DNA of 59,230 bases, filler included, from Sluysia triapertura (taxonomy: Eukaryota), in assembly GCA_046118255.1 (NCBI GenBank). It is 4 parts of 4 records of this genome, joined end to end, with 100 filler letters (N's around TTAATTAATTAA, not from the genome) between each part and the next. Parts side by side here need not be neighbours in the genome. Positions count along the whole stretch, not along the records: positions 1 to 13,582 come from JBJNIA010031160.1; 3 more parts are not named here. One strand, written 5' to 3'. Below the pieces are notes generated by a model. That model had not been told where the DNA came from and did no database searches. It saw only the letters and a list, made by a program, of their open reading frames with translations. Below are positions 1 to 11,614 of this stretch, in pieces; the stretch's first letter is position 1; each line of letters starts with the position of its first letter. The translations under genes and the position numbers were made by a program.

Positions 1-455
1 AATAAGCAAATTATAAATATAAATGGCAATGGGGATGATTTCATATAATTTGGGCTTGGCAGCGAATGGGTTAAAATATAATTTTCTCTATTTTTAATAA
101 CTTATATCAAGAAAATTATTTTCAATGCGCAACACGTCAACACTAAGTTTTTTGATTAAATAAAAATCAGATTGAAATATTTAAGAAAAAGACAAAGTTG
201 TTTCTGTTTCAGAAATATTATAATGAATGATTTTAAGCGCTTTTGAGTACTTTGTTTTTTTTACCTTTTTAACTTATAGACAACTTTACTAAATTGACAA
301 TACACTTATGATATGTCAAACAAGTAAACGAACCTACACGTTACTTTCTGCATGCTTGAGTTTGAAAATTAACGAATTAAAGTTTAATGGCATCCATATG
401 TGGGTTAAAGCGGAATTGAATAGTCTTATCTATTCTTAAAGTTATATGTTTTCAG

Positions 456-1019
456 GATATGGTCATAGTACTCCGAAAACTCAAGGTGGAAAGATATTTT
501 GTATGATATATGCACTTCCTGGGATTCCATTGACAATTGTTATGTTCCAGAGTATTGGAGAACGCATGAATATGTGTCTCACTCTTGCTCTACAGTCCAT
601 GAAACGAATCTTAATGCCTAGCAACAATTCCGGTAGAATATCTCAAACTAAATTAATACTTTTATCATCCAATTTCGTTTCCATTGTAGTCGGAATCGGT
701 GCACTGATTTTCAGCCATTACGAAGACTGGAATTTGCTCGATTCCATATACTACTGTCTTATCACTTTGACTACCATCGGATTCGGAGATTTGGTGGCTT
801 TACAAAAGAATGACTTTATTGCCAAGCGGCCAGATTATGTGGCATTTAGTTTGATTTTTATTTTGTTCGGTTTGACGGTTGTATCGTCGATGATGAATTT
901 GTTGGTGCTCAGGTTTTTGACGATGAACACAGCTGATGAAAGACGTGATGAAATGGTGGCTGTTGTTCGAGCCATGGATCATGACTTGCAGCAACAACAA
1001 CATCGTCTTTCACACTTCG
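456..1019 (+). CDS. Internal exon of a two-pore-domain K+ channel, TASK (KCNK3/KCNK9/KCNK15-like) subfamily: end of P1, M2, M3, P2, M4
   Basis: Acceptor tttcag ends at 455 and donor gtgagt starts at 1020 (phase 1 at both ends). Translation GYGHSTPKTQGGKIFCMIYALPGIPLTIVMFQSIGERMN...YYCLITLTTIGFGDLVALQ...LNLLVLRFLTMNTADERRD-like matches TASK signatures (GYGH first pore, GFGD second pore, VLRFLTMN X-gate region). The first exon(s) lie upstream of the window. Confidence 0.96.
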
Positions 1020-1126
1020 GTGAGTGTTTTTTGTAAAAATAATTCGAAAATATATTTCAAGATATATTAATAATATTTCTTATTTCAAGATAAATACACA
1101 CATATTTTGACATAAATAATCATTTA

Positions 1127-1663
1127 CAGTGGTGGCCAAATTATTAGACTAAAACAGGAAAAATATGTTTTTCTTTGGTTTTTTAAATATTTGCTAACCT
1201 GGCCTGGAAATTCTCCAAATATAAATCCCTTAGAAAATCTGTGTGAGATTGTCAAAAGGAGAATTTCTACATATAAACCCCACCAGGATGGAACTTATTG
1301 GAACCCTGATAAAAGTATGGCATCACGATGACGAGATCAAATATTTGTGATTCAAGCTCATCCGTGGCATGCACCTTTAAGGATCAGGAAATTATTGGAT
1401 ACCAAAGAAGAGTAAACAAAGTACTGATACAACAGTTTGTAGTAAATTGTGTTATCATTCTGATTGAAAAAAATTTCTGTATGTTTTGGATCTCATTACT
1501 TTTACCTATTATTTTACTTTGACCAGAAGTTTTTGGAAAAAGTAGTTATTTTCCAACATCGGTAAATGGTATATATTTATATACTTTTGATTCATAGTAT
1601 CCTTGAAAAATGTTGAATTTTATCACAAAAATGGTCTTCAGTCTAATAATTTTGCCACCACTG
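1127..1663 (+). mobile_element. Internally deleted Tc1-family DNA transposon (537 bp) in the TASK intron
   Basis: 24-bp TIRs CAGTGGTGGCCAAATTATTAGACT / AGTCTAATAATTTTGCCACCACTG (1 mismatch), with TA on both sides (1125-1126, 1664-1665). Residual transposase peptide WPGNSPNINPLENL at ~1200-1241 matches the Tc1 WPxxSPDLNPIEN motif. Confidence 0.92.
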
Positions 1664-2903
1664 TACATGTATAAAAATCAAACACAATTGTATTCGTGGT
1701 TGGCAATGGGAATGCAACACGACTCGATATTCTTTTTCTTATATGCACACACGTTTAAGTAAAAACACAAATCATGAATCATACAAATAGATAAAAGTCT
1801 AAAAATACTAAGAAACAGGACACAATTTTCCGTAAATTTCAAAAGGCTGGTCATTCACTGCTGATGATTACTTAGATTCTATTTCGCGTCAGAGATAACG
1901 GGATCATGTAATATTGAACAATTTGACTCTATCTGAGTTTATATGTGCAACATCTCCGTTATCAGTAAGCAGTCTAGTTTAGTAGTCTTCTATAGTTCTC
2001 TTACGACACAAATCCCAAATAAAGGGAAAATATCGAAATATATAAATTATCGTTCTTTTTAACAATGTTTATATTTCTTTCATTTATCTAAAATGACAAC
2101 AACCGATACTTCCGCGGTTTCACAATAAATGTGTCTTGTACCAATAATATCCATCGTTGGAATTCGTGAATCTTCAAAATTAATTGATAATCTGTATGTT
2201 AAATGATCAATAAGCATAACGGCGATTTGAAATGGTCATTCTGAAACGTTTGATCTTCATAACAACTCTAAAATGTTATTTAAGAGCATCTCTTCTTAGT
2301 ACCTATATTTTCTTCAAAAACCAACACAGTGTGATTGTAATAACATCCACATATCTTTCATAAGATACATGTTCCTGTTCTCTCAATGAAATCGTAAATG
2401 TTTTACTCGAATTTGATTTCTTAAATAAATGACTTATTGTGATACCTTATCAGAAGTAACACCTTATCGACTAGTATAATGATGGTTAACAAAATTTTGA
2501 AAAATATTTGTTCGAGTAATTTCCTTAATAAACGTAGCAAGTAAAAATTAACCCCTTGAGTACTGATTTATTTTAACATATCGAGAACGTATTTAATTTT
2601 ATTGTAATGTCATGATGAATACATTTATTTTATAAACATAACCAAAATATAATTTTTATTCAGAAAACAAGTACATGAATGATACAAGATTGATTAAGAT
2701 AAACAAACATAAATTGTTAATAATTTTGAACAGTGTGAAACTTTTCAAAGCAGCTTGGTAGATGCATTGCCAGGTAATCACTTTTCTTATGTTATGGTGA
2801 TTTTTGTAGGATATTGCTTTGAGTCGGTGGGAGGAATATTCTCCGGAAATGTGTCCCAAAATAAAAATTAAAATGTAAACATGTTGAAATAAATTTATTT
2901 TAG

Positions 2904-3126
2904 CTCGTCAATTGTTACACAGGCACCAATCGTGTTAAGGAATTTGCTCAACACATGCGCATGCGTACATTATTGCAAGAAAACACCACATATGTTAAAT
3001 TCCAATGACGGGTCAGACTCGTCAAATGTACCTAAGGGATTATTAGTAATGCCTGTAAACATACTTGCGTAGAATTACACAGAATATTTAATCAATCCAC
3101 GGAAATATTTCAGTATAATTTCGATG
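2904..3126 (+). CDS. Probable middle exon of the TASK channel gene carrying two apparent 1-nt deletions
   Basis: GC-richer block between a ttttag acceptor (ends 2903) and a gtataa donor (3127), followed by a 66-nt intron to the last exon. No single frame is open. Adding one base to the TT at 2935-2936 and one to the GGG at 3036-3038 gives a 225-nt phase1/phase1 open exon (ARQLLHRHQSCLRNLLNTCACVHY...FQYNFD). Confidence 0.45.
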
Positions 3127-3192
3127 GTATAATTTATATATTTTAAAAAATAATCATAAAAAAATTAATTTCAACTTCAAAACTTTATTTAG

Positions 3193-3914
3193 AGCATTTT
3201 AACGAAGATTTAAATGATACTAATTCCAAATGTGCTTATAACAATTCACGAAACAATTTCAATAAGTTTGATCAATCTCCAGATCATCAAAATAATACCA
3301 ATTCTGGTGGTGACAGGTTATCGTGTATATGTTTAAATTGGTTTTCTCAAAATTCAAATCGTGCCAATTATACACTGCCATGGAAACAAAATCACACTGG
3401 TTCCCGTAGTTCCAGAAGTGGAGCTGGTACGCGATATTTTTGGCAACAGTTTCTGAATAACTTGAATGTCCGAAAAATAAATTCAACGAAACAGAGACAT
3501 TACACAATTGCTCGTGGTCCAGCTGCTCATGTGCGACATTTGGTAGAAAGTGGTACTGTAGCTATGGCTACATATAGTAATAATCAAACTCATTCAAAAA
3601 CGACTAATGCGACTGGATATGATCGAATTAACACAAGATATCAATGCAGTATGAAATATCGAACTAAAAAGCCTCCTCCGATAATACGAATTCAAACAGC
3701 AAATGGTGAAAATGTGGACGCCAATTATACGAATGAGATAACAGAGGAATCTGAAAATAGGTTAGGACAGATTAATTATGGAGTAGGAATTATTGAAGAC
3801 GTGGAAGATGTGGATCTGGTGTCAAATACTGAAACTGGCACCGACTTAGACAGCATAATTTTTATGTCACTTTCATCACCAAGTTTTCGACGAAAACGAT
3901 ATGTATCTCTATAG
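3193..3914 (+). CDS. Terminal coding exon of the TASK channel gene (long cytoplasmic C-tail)
   Basis: The tttag acceptor ends at 3192. A phase-1 join gives an open frame (EHFNEDLN...) continuous with ORF 3462-3914, ending RRKRYVSL-stop, which resembles the TASK C-terminal basic/penultimate-Ser motif. AATAAA lies at 4022-4027. Confidence 0.85.
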
Positions 3915-5197
3915 AATTAATAACTATCATGATATATTATTTTGATATTTATTACTATTATTATTATTCGGTATTGTTTTCAAACAATTTTATAATTTTT
4001 ATAAATAATGATGAGAAGTATAATAAATGTTTTTAAAAAATTTCGAAAGATAAAATTTAACTAGCCTAAAGTGCACAATTTAAGTCTAAAAATAATTGAC
4101 AATATTCAAAAGATGATTTGGTAACAGTGCAATTATTATTAATTTTATGACATTTTGATTTAAGACGCAACAGTATTGTACTTGTTAATTGAATTTGTAA
4201 AGACTTTAATTTATAATTAGAATGTGTATTCATTCTGTGAGCATTGAGAGTTTATTGCAATTAGAGTATTTGTACTTATTTTACGATTATTGGAAATAAG
4301 TAGAAAATTTTAAGCTAGTTTAATTATTGAGTTACTGATAATAATTAAGTAAAGATTAAATTAAGTTTTTCAGAAGATGTTTATTTTCGTACAACATTAA
4401 CGAATTCGGATTTTTCAGAAAAAACTGATATTTTAATTATCAGATATGTCTAAGTCAAATTTAATTTATTTGATTTTGTAAATTATTAAATTTGATTTTT
4501 TTGTTATTATAAAAGTAATTTTGTAAGAAATTCCCCGCGTAATTTTTGTTAAAGATTGTATTAATTTAAAGTTAATTTTATAGTTAACTTTGTGGGATAC
4601 ACTTTACGCAATTTATTCTATCAAAATATTAAGTATTTTATCTTTAGACATTATTGTTACGTTTTAATAGAAAGGTATTATTATCAAAATTATTCTTTGT
4701 TACGTTAACCAAAAATATTTACCTAACATAATTACTATTAATTTTCTACATATTGATATTGTTAGTGTCTGTTGCGTCACTTCTAGTTGTTTTATCTTAA
4801 TTAGATTGTAGTGTCTTTGATATTTTTATTTTTGTCATTTTAGTTGTTTTATATTATTTAGTAAAAATTCATATTAATAATAATAAATTCTGTTTTGATT
4901 TTTTTTAATAGTATATTCTTGTTTTAGTTTTGATTTGATTTTTCAAGAACTTAAATTTAGGGTAATAGTTATTAATATTATAAAAGAAGATTACTGCAAA
5001 ATTAATCTTGATATACTGACTATTTAATTATTAAGGTTCCTTTAAGCCAATCAAGTTAATATTGAGTTATAATAATTAATAAAGTTTAAAGACACAGCAT
5101 TATTATTGACATACTTCAAAATAATGAATATAACTTCAGTTTTTACAGTTTAATTAATTTTCAATTCCGTACGCTACGTTTTTAATGGAAAATGCTT

Positions 5198-5825
5198 AAG
5201 GTTCTCAATCCCAAACAAACCATTTCATAAACATTTTAACCTCATTTTCAGATTCTCTTATTTCATGACAATCATTTCATTATCTTTTCAATATTCTAAA
5301 TATGAAAAATTCATCATTTTAATTTAAAAATTAATTAAAATTCGACTTTGTTCAATATGGAAGCTTTCCTTGCATAAACTCGGTCAAATCTTACAATTTT
5401 AACACAGCATTCCTCATTCAAAAGTTAATCACACAAAGGTAATTTTTCTTAATTAAGTTAATTAAGGTTTTAATTAATTAGTTATGTTAACATATTTTAT
5501 TCTAAGTTTAAAGGTTTTATTATGGTAATAAAGTTGTTAAATACTTTGGAGGCTCTAGATGTTTTCACCTTCACCACTCTGATTCCTTTTCTACTTTTTT
5601 ATTTTAATTATTGATGTATTAAATTTATCTTTAATATTATTAACCATGGTTTTAATTCTTGAACATTTCAAATGTTCCAAGAATTTTACAAAGTTACTCG
5701 AAGGTCTCAAAAAATTATTAAGGTCTTAAATGTCTTCAAAGATTGCGAAAGATCAACAAGATCATTCAATAAGTTCTAAAATGATCCCAGGGTTCAGAAA
5801 TTCAAAGGTATCATCATACTTCAAA
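5198..5825 (+). repeat. Dispersed repeat family A, copy 1 (unclassified TE or LTR fragment)
   Basis: Colinear similarity with 11615-12345, for example gctttccttgcat(a/g)aactcggtcaaa and ggaggctctagatgttttca..ctgattcctttt. Confidence 0.8.
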
Positions 5826-6000
5826 ACATCTTTCCAAGCCTTACTTACATCATTAAAACATGTGGGTGTTTTCATGTTAGATACAGTTTCATTAAATGGA
5901 ACGACAAGTTTTGAATCTTTAAAGCTTTTTTTACGTTTGATGCAGCTTTTGAACAATCCTTGATGATTATTTATTTTGATATCATTCTTTTTTTATTGAA

Positions 6001-6159
6001 TGTTGGGGTAAAAGGCCTAAAAGTGCCATTTGGGAAAATTAAATATAATAAAAATGAAATTGTTAGACGGGGCTGATAGCTCAGTGGTAGAGCAGTCCGA
6101 CTGCGTAGACGATGGTCCCGGGTTCGATCCCCGGTCAGTCCATTTTACGAAGTCTAATA
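6001..6159 (+). mobile_element. tRNA-containing short LTR-like element, copy 1
   Basis: Starts TGTTGGGGTAAAAGGCCTAAAAGTGCCAT and ends GAAGTCTAATA (copy 2 has ...AACA). Colinear with 19780-19935 over its whole length, including the ~70 bp upstream of the tRNA part. Confidence 0.8.
6070..6142 (+). ncRNA. tRNA-like (Cys/Ala-like) Pol III cassette inside the repeat; probably not a translational tRNA
   Basis: 7-bp acceptor stem GGGCTGA/TCAGTCC, D arm GCTC-AGTGGTA-GAGC (A box), T arm CCGGG-TTCGATC-CCCGG (B box), and TTTT directly after. The anticodon arm is irregular (one mismatch, 6-nt loop). Confidence 0.75.
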
Positions 6160-7099
6160 TATGTATTAATTTGGAAATGTAGAGGAACTCGCTATATGTA
6201 TTAAACTTGAATTTATAAAATAATTGATCAATTTGTTTTGAGATAATTCGTAAACATTAGAATTAACAAAAGAGGTTAATGTTAATTAAGAATTGTTCTA
6301 AATGAGTTAATTGCCAAATTTACTTCAATTCCCATGTAATTCACGTTATAAATTGAGTCGATACATTTTTGTGCATTAAGTAATTGAGATACGGTAACCA
6401 ACGGGTAACTAAACATATGTTCCATTTAAGAATAGATTAAATCAGATTTAACAATGACGATCATATTCATGATTAATTTGTATTTCATTGAAACGTTTAC
6501 ATCAGATACATATGTATTAATCAATATTACCATAAATTTATTTATACCGATAACATTAAAATCTTTAATCACATTCTTACGTTGTAGGTTCTCCATTATC
6601 TTTATAATAATGTTTGTTAACTGAGATCGTCCTATAGCAGCTAAAAATTCAAAAAATCTTTCCTTTTTTTATCGTAGTCTGAAGAATTCTTTAATTTTTT
6701 ACTTTACTTTTTTGTTGAGCTTTTTTGCCTATTGCATGTACTATATTTAGTAATTTTTTAGTTTTCAAATTTATTTTTTGCCAGTAAAGTTGCTGATAAT
6801 AGCCCAGACTCAATTTCATTGGTTGTTCAACCACAGTGATTTCTGGTTGGACAACCAATGAATCGTCGACTAAGCCATTGAAATTATTTGATAACCAGCT
6901 ATCAGTAATGACGGTGTGTGATGTACAAAAATTAATACTGTCATCACTGATAGTGGTAGATACCAAAATTTACATTCAGATACTATTTATCTTATTTAAT
7001 TAAATGAATAATGAAAAATTAATGAATTAAAAATATGTAAATTAAAATGTAAAATTTATAAATAAACAAAATTGGTGACAAAACAAACGCCAAATAAAT

Positions 7100-7759
7100 A
7101 AACATAAATCTTGTCTTTTCTACATACATGAGTTTAATTATATTTTGCTTTTACTTTTCTTGACATAATACAATTACAATTGTCTTGAAGTTCTTTTAAA
7201 TTAAACTAGATATAATTGCAGAACTTGAATTGCAAGCTTGAAGTATTTTGGAATGATTTGAAAGTATGTGTTGGAAAGTTTAAGAAATAATTATCATTCT
7301 GATGTTGTTAGTGAGTAGCTAGAACGTTTTAATAGCGTTTCAAAAATGTAAATTGATAGTTTTGGCTGAAAGCACAAATTGGAAGTTGACTGTTTGTGAA
7401 TTGAGATATTTAGAATAAGATGTGATTCGGATTTAATTGTAATTTGGATTTTAACATATTGTATATTAAAATGTTTAAAATAAAATTTAATGTATATTAA
7501 TGGTTATAAAATTAGGTCGGTTTAGTGGATCGAGAAAAATAACATAAGGAAAGGTTTAGGTGTAAGAATTGTATTGTGTTGGGTTTGCGTTATTTTGGAT
7601 TAACTTTTAGGTAAGAGTTTGATGGTTTTCGGTATTGAATGTAAATTTAGTTTATTGTAATTTGTGTTTGGGGGTATGAAAGGTTATGAAATGTTTTAAA
7701 TATTGATTTTTTTGTGTATTATTAGATTAAGATTTTAAAATATTGGGTTGGCCACCACA
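7100..7759 (-). repeat. Dispersed repeat family B, copy 1 (5' end TGTGGTGGCCAAC on the minus strand; LTR-like)
   Basis: Shares its terminus with 12802 (TGTGGTGGCCAACC, + strand) and 32361 (TGTAGTGGTCAACAC, - strand). Shares the distal motif acataaatcttgtcttt with ~31506. Same strong G/T strand skew. Confidence 0.6.
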
Positions 7760-8107
7760 AGAAGAAACTAGTACTTACTTAAACTAATACATTTTTTAAT
7801 ATAATTATTTTTTATTTGGAATTAGTTAATTTATCATTTATCTTTTTGCATGTTATTTACATACAATATTTACTTAAAAATAGTGCCAAATCGCTAAATT
7901 AATATAAATTGTTTTAATAATAGTAATGTGTAAATTATATTATACATATAATCCAAAAATAAATCGAAATATGTAGATTTTATAGTTTCGAAGATTTTAA
8001 ATTTTGCAATCACACGTAACATTATAAGATTTTGGTAACAAAATTTGTTATTTGTTATTAATTTTAATTTAAGTTTTAATTATATAATAAATCTTGCTAT
8101 TTACGAT

Positions 8108-8570
8108 ATGCAAACTGATTCAATATATCTTGAAGGTGCTTTTATTCATCGTTGTTGAAACTTATTTTTAGATAATTCTTACGATGCTGATGGTGACAGT
8201 AAAGTAAAAAATATATCTGACGCTAAAGAATTGCAGGAACAATTAGAAAAAGTTATATTTTATGGTTTTATATAAGTATAGCTAGTTCAAAAGGAATTAA
8301 TTCATTTTAATTCTTAATAGATAAAATTTAATATATAATTTATGAAGTTTCGAAATAAAAAATTTAAATAAATCTAATGTTAAATCCTATTTAGTAAAAA
8401 CAAATGATTTGTTTGTTTTAGACTGAGGAAGAAATAACAACTCTTAGACAAGTTTTAACAATTAAATTAAAACTTGCTCAAGAATTAAGACGTCAATTAG
8501 GTATTACAGCTTTTGGAGAAATGAAGGGCGATATTTTAAGTGGTATTCACGCACTTAAAGAATCTGGCAC
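8108..8570 (+). CDS. Tumor protein D52 family gene, coding exons 8108-8135, 8172-8251, 8422-8570 (3' exons not identified)
   Basis: GT-AG introns of 36 and 170 nt splice in frame to MQTDSIYLEDNSYDADGDSKVKNISDAKELQEQLEKTEEEITTLRQVLTIKLKLAQELRRQLGITAFGEMKGDILSG. This matches the TPD52 coiled-coil motif EEEIxTLRQVLxxKxxxxxELKRxLGI. Confidence 0.88.
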
Positions 8571-9099
8571 GTTAGTTATTTGATTAAGATATTTTCATTT
8601 TTGGTATTACTTTCTAAAGTATTTCTAATGTTTTATTTATTGCTTAGAAATAAATATCGAATTATTTTCACTTTCTAACGTTTAATTTAATCCTTTTGAA
8701 GTAAATTTTGCTATTTTTATTTATAACTTTCGATTAATGAAAAGTTAATTTTTGACTAAATCTTTTACTTTTTGTAAAACATGCATTTTCACACTTTTGT
8801 TATTCATTATGTCATTTATATCTAAAATATGAAGTTTTTCATGTTTAGAGTGGTGTGAATTGAGGTAATTTAGAAATTGCGATTGTTTTTCTTTATTGTC
8901 ACGTTGAATGTTATGTACGAGGGTTTGCTTGTAGTAGGTGACTATGGTAGACACTCCTACAGGATTTTCTTTATATCATTTAATTAAAACCTTGCGAATA
9001 ATAGTTTAATTAATGTAAATATTATTTAAATAACTTTTTGTCAAATAAACATTTTTTGTAACATTAAAATCGAATGCAGTGCCTTCGATGTTTCTATAA

Positions 9100-9442
9100 T
9101 AGAGGGTGGTCCAGGAGTTATGGGGCAGTGGCATTTTTGAGGGAAAAGTTCAGGAAAGATAGTTTCAACATGATGGTGCCCCAGCGCATTATGGTACTTT
9201 TAGTAGTTGTTGAATAGGTCGACGGAGAGGACTCGAGTGACCTTAGTTCGCCGTACTTCTTTCTCTGCGGAGTATAAAGGAAGCTATTTACTTTACTGAA
9301 CCACGTTCATTGGAACAAATGAAAGAATAACCAAGACCTTTCATGTTATTACTCCGGAGCTTTGTCACAAAGTGCGTTCATCGATGATGAACAGAGTTTT
9401 GAAGTGTATCGAAATAAATGGTGGACAATTCGAGTATTTATA
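9100..9442 (+). mobile_element. Degenerate Tc1/mariner-superfamily transposase relic
   Basis: FQHDGAPAHY at 9163-9192, a decayed DL..xFFL(W)G motif at ~9239-9270, and a C-terminal RVLKCIEINGGQFEYL-stop. Frameshifts lie between these motifs. Confidence 0.8.
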
Positions 9443-10440
9443 AATTAAAGTATCACTTTTTATCCATTACATTGTTATGCATAAATATAAAACCTTAAAC
9501 TTCTGGCCTTCTGCGTTAGTTTGATTGCACATTTTCTTTAATATATATCGTTCATTTATTGATATTCCTCCAACACAATTTTTTCTTTTTTGACCTAAGT
9601 ATGAGGTATGAATAGTTACCTAGAGAAATATTAAAATTAATAATTAAATTGCTGTCTTTCACAATATTTTCCAGTAGATTGGTTTTACCTAAGAGTTCAG
9701 TTATAAAAATTACTTCTTTTTTGACTCCAAAAATTAATGGTATATTTTTTATTGATTTCTTATAATTTAAGATGTGTGCATAAACCAATGTAAAGAAAAA
9801 TTTTTATATGCCGTAATCGGTTTATGCAACAATTCCGTTTGTGACCTTTATGAAGGTACACGTAATATTTCAATTTAAATTTGTTTCATTATTTTTTCGT
9901 TTAATAATAAGTTTAAACAAATTTTTTGAAGTGAATTTAAATACACTTAGAATTTCGAACTATTTTTAATCACTATAAATTTCTTAAATTATTTATTGTT
10001 GTTTTTACTAATACAGCAACAATTATAATATCGATTTTCTGGGTCTGTCCGTGATATCTCACGGAATTCGTATTCACAGGATATCAAGTGTAAAATAAAC
10101 TCCGTTTAAAGTTTCTTATTAACTTTGGTGTAACTTAACAATATTAACTTAATCTAAGAGTCTGAATTTAATTAATCTTTTCACGAAATTCTTTATTTAC
10201 AAAAATGGTTAATGCAAGTGTTCTTTCCTAAAAGAATCTACTTAGCAAAATATTAACGTCTGGAAGCAAGTTCGGCTAATTAGAGACGGTTTACGTCGTT
10301 AGCTGACAACGGTCTAATTAGACTTATCGTAACGAAGTTAACAAGAAAAGATAACCCTACGTAAAACGAGTTACCTGACATGATTTTTATATAGCGTTAA
10401 TCTACTAATAGAAAGTTGTTACTTTAGTTTAATTTGTAGG

Positions 10441-10777
10441 TTGAGACAGTCTTTTTACGGTCTGTCAAAGATGAATTTGATTTTATATATTGAGACATCC
10501 ATTCTACGGTCTGCCAAATGTTTAAATATTTTATAAATTAAATCAGCCTTTTACGGTCTGATTACCACTAATGAATGATTTTAATAAAGATGAAAAGATT
10601 TTAACGTATGGGTATATTATGTACAAACACAAAAGTATTAATCTACATAAGTAGAAGCAAAAATATAAAATAACAGTTATAAAGATTGTAATATTGTTAA
10701 TATTTTAAGTCTTAAGATTACCCTTAGACTAGATTGATTTTAGTAAGAAAGTTAAATCAGCCTTTTTACGGTCTGAC
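10441..10777 (+). repeat. Four copies of a ~25-29 nt hairpin repeat with invariant core TACGGTCTG
   Basis: Cores at 10456, 10505, 10552 and 10767 (spacing 49, 47, 215). The intervening AT-rich spacers are largely unrelated. Confidence 0.85.
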
Positions 10778-11614
10778 AATAATTAAAAAATAGTTTACGT
10801 AGATTTTATGAATCCTATTATTTTAAAATTAGGATTTTAAAAAACTTAATCATAAAAAAATTACTTATGCATGGAATAAAAATTATTTCTGGATCTTATT
10901 TGAACTCCGAATTATTCTCGAATTACCAAATCGTATTGGAAATTTTCGTGTTAAAGATTTTATTCTGTCTTTTATGCTAAAAGTGATTACTATTTATATT
11001 AAATTTACCTAACTCCATTTTGTTTTGTAATATTTATATTTTTACTTTAGTAAAACAAAATATTTATTAAAACAAAAGTATTTCTAGTAATTTTATCAAC
11101 AAATGTTTTACTAATATATATAATATTAACAATTATTTTAATCAATAAAAAATAAAACAGAAATAAAATATCAATTTTCGTTAAAATCATAAAACAAATA
11201 AAATATTATAGTTATCTTCATTAAATATTATAAAAATAAGATATTAAAATCAATTTTTTCGTTGAATATCAATTTCGTTAATATATTTCTTTTGTTTTAA
11301 CAATAGTTCCACTATGCGCCAAATTGTCATCACTGTCACCATACTATCAGCCCAACAAAGTGTAAGTGTTAGCTTCTATAAGTAAAACACTTTTTGTCAA
11401 ACTTCATTAGGTACAAAACGCAAAAGTGTGATTTATTATTAACCATCATTTTATTTTAATCTAGTCAATCTATTTTTACTTAAATTAATTCTCACATTAA
11501 AATAATAATCAATAATATTGTTAACACACATAAAAATAATGAATTTAATTTTAATTTTTAAAATTTAATTGATTTTCAATTTTTTACACCCGATTTTATA
11601 ATGAAAAATATTTT

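Noticed and set aside
6070-6142. Functional tRNA gene
   Set aside because: The anticodon arm is non-canonical and differs between copies, and the sequence is embedded in a dispersed repeat.
10441-10777. CRISPR array or spliced-leader RNA interpretation of the hairpin repeats
   Set aside because: Eukaryotic context, no cas genes, and degenerate repeats. GCC..ACGGTCT loosely recalls the flatworm SL 5' hairpin, but no ATG|GT donor or Sm site follows at the right distance.
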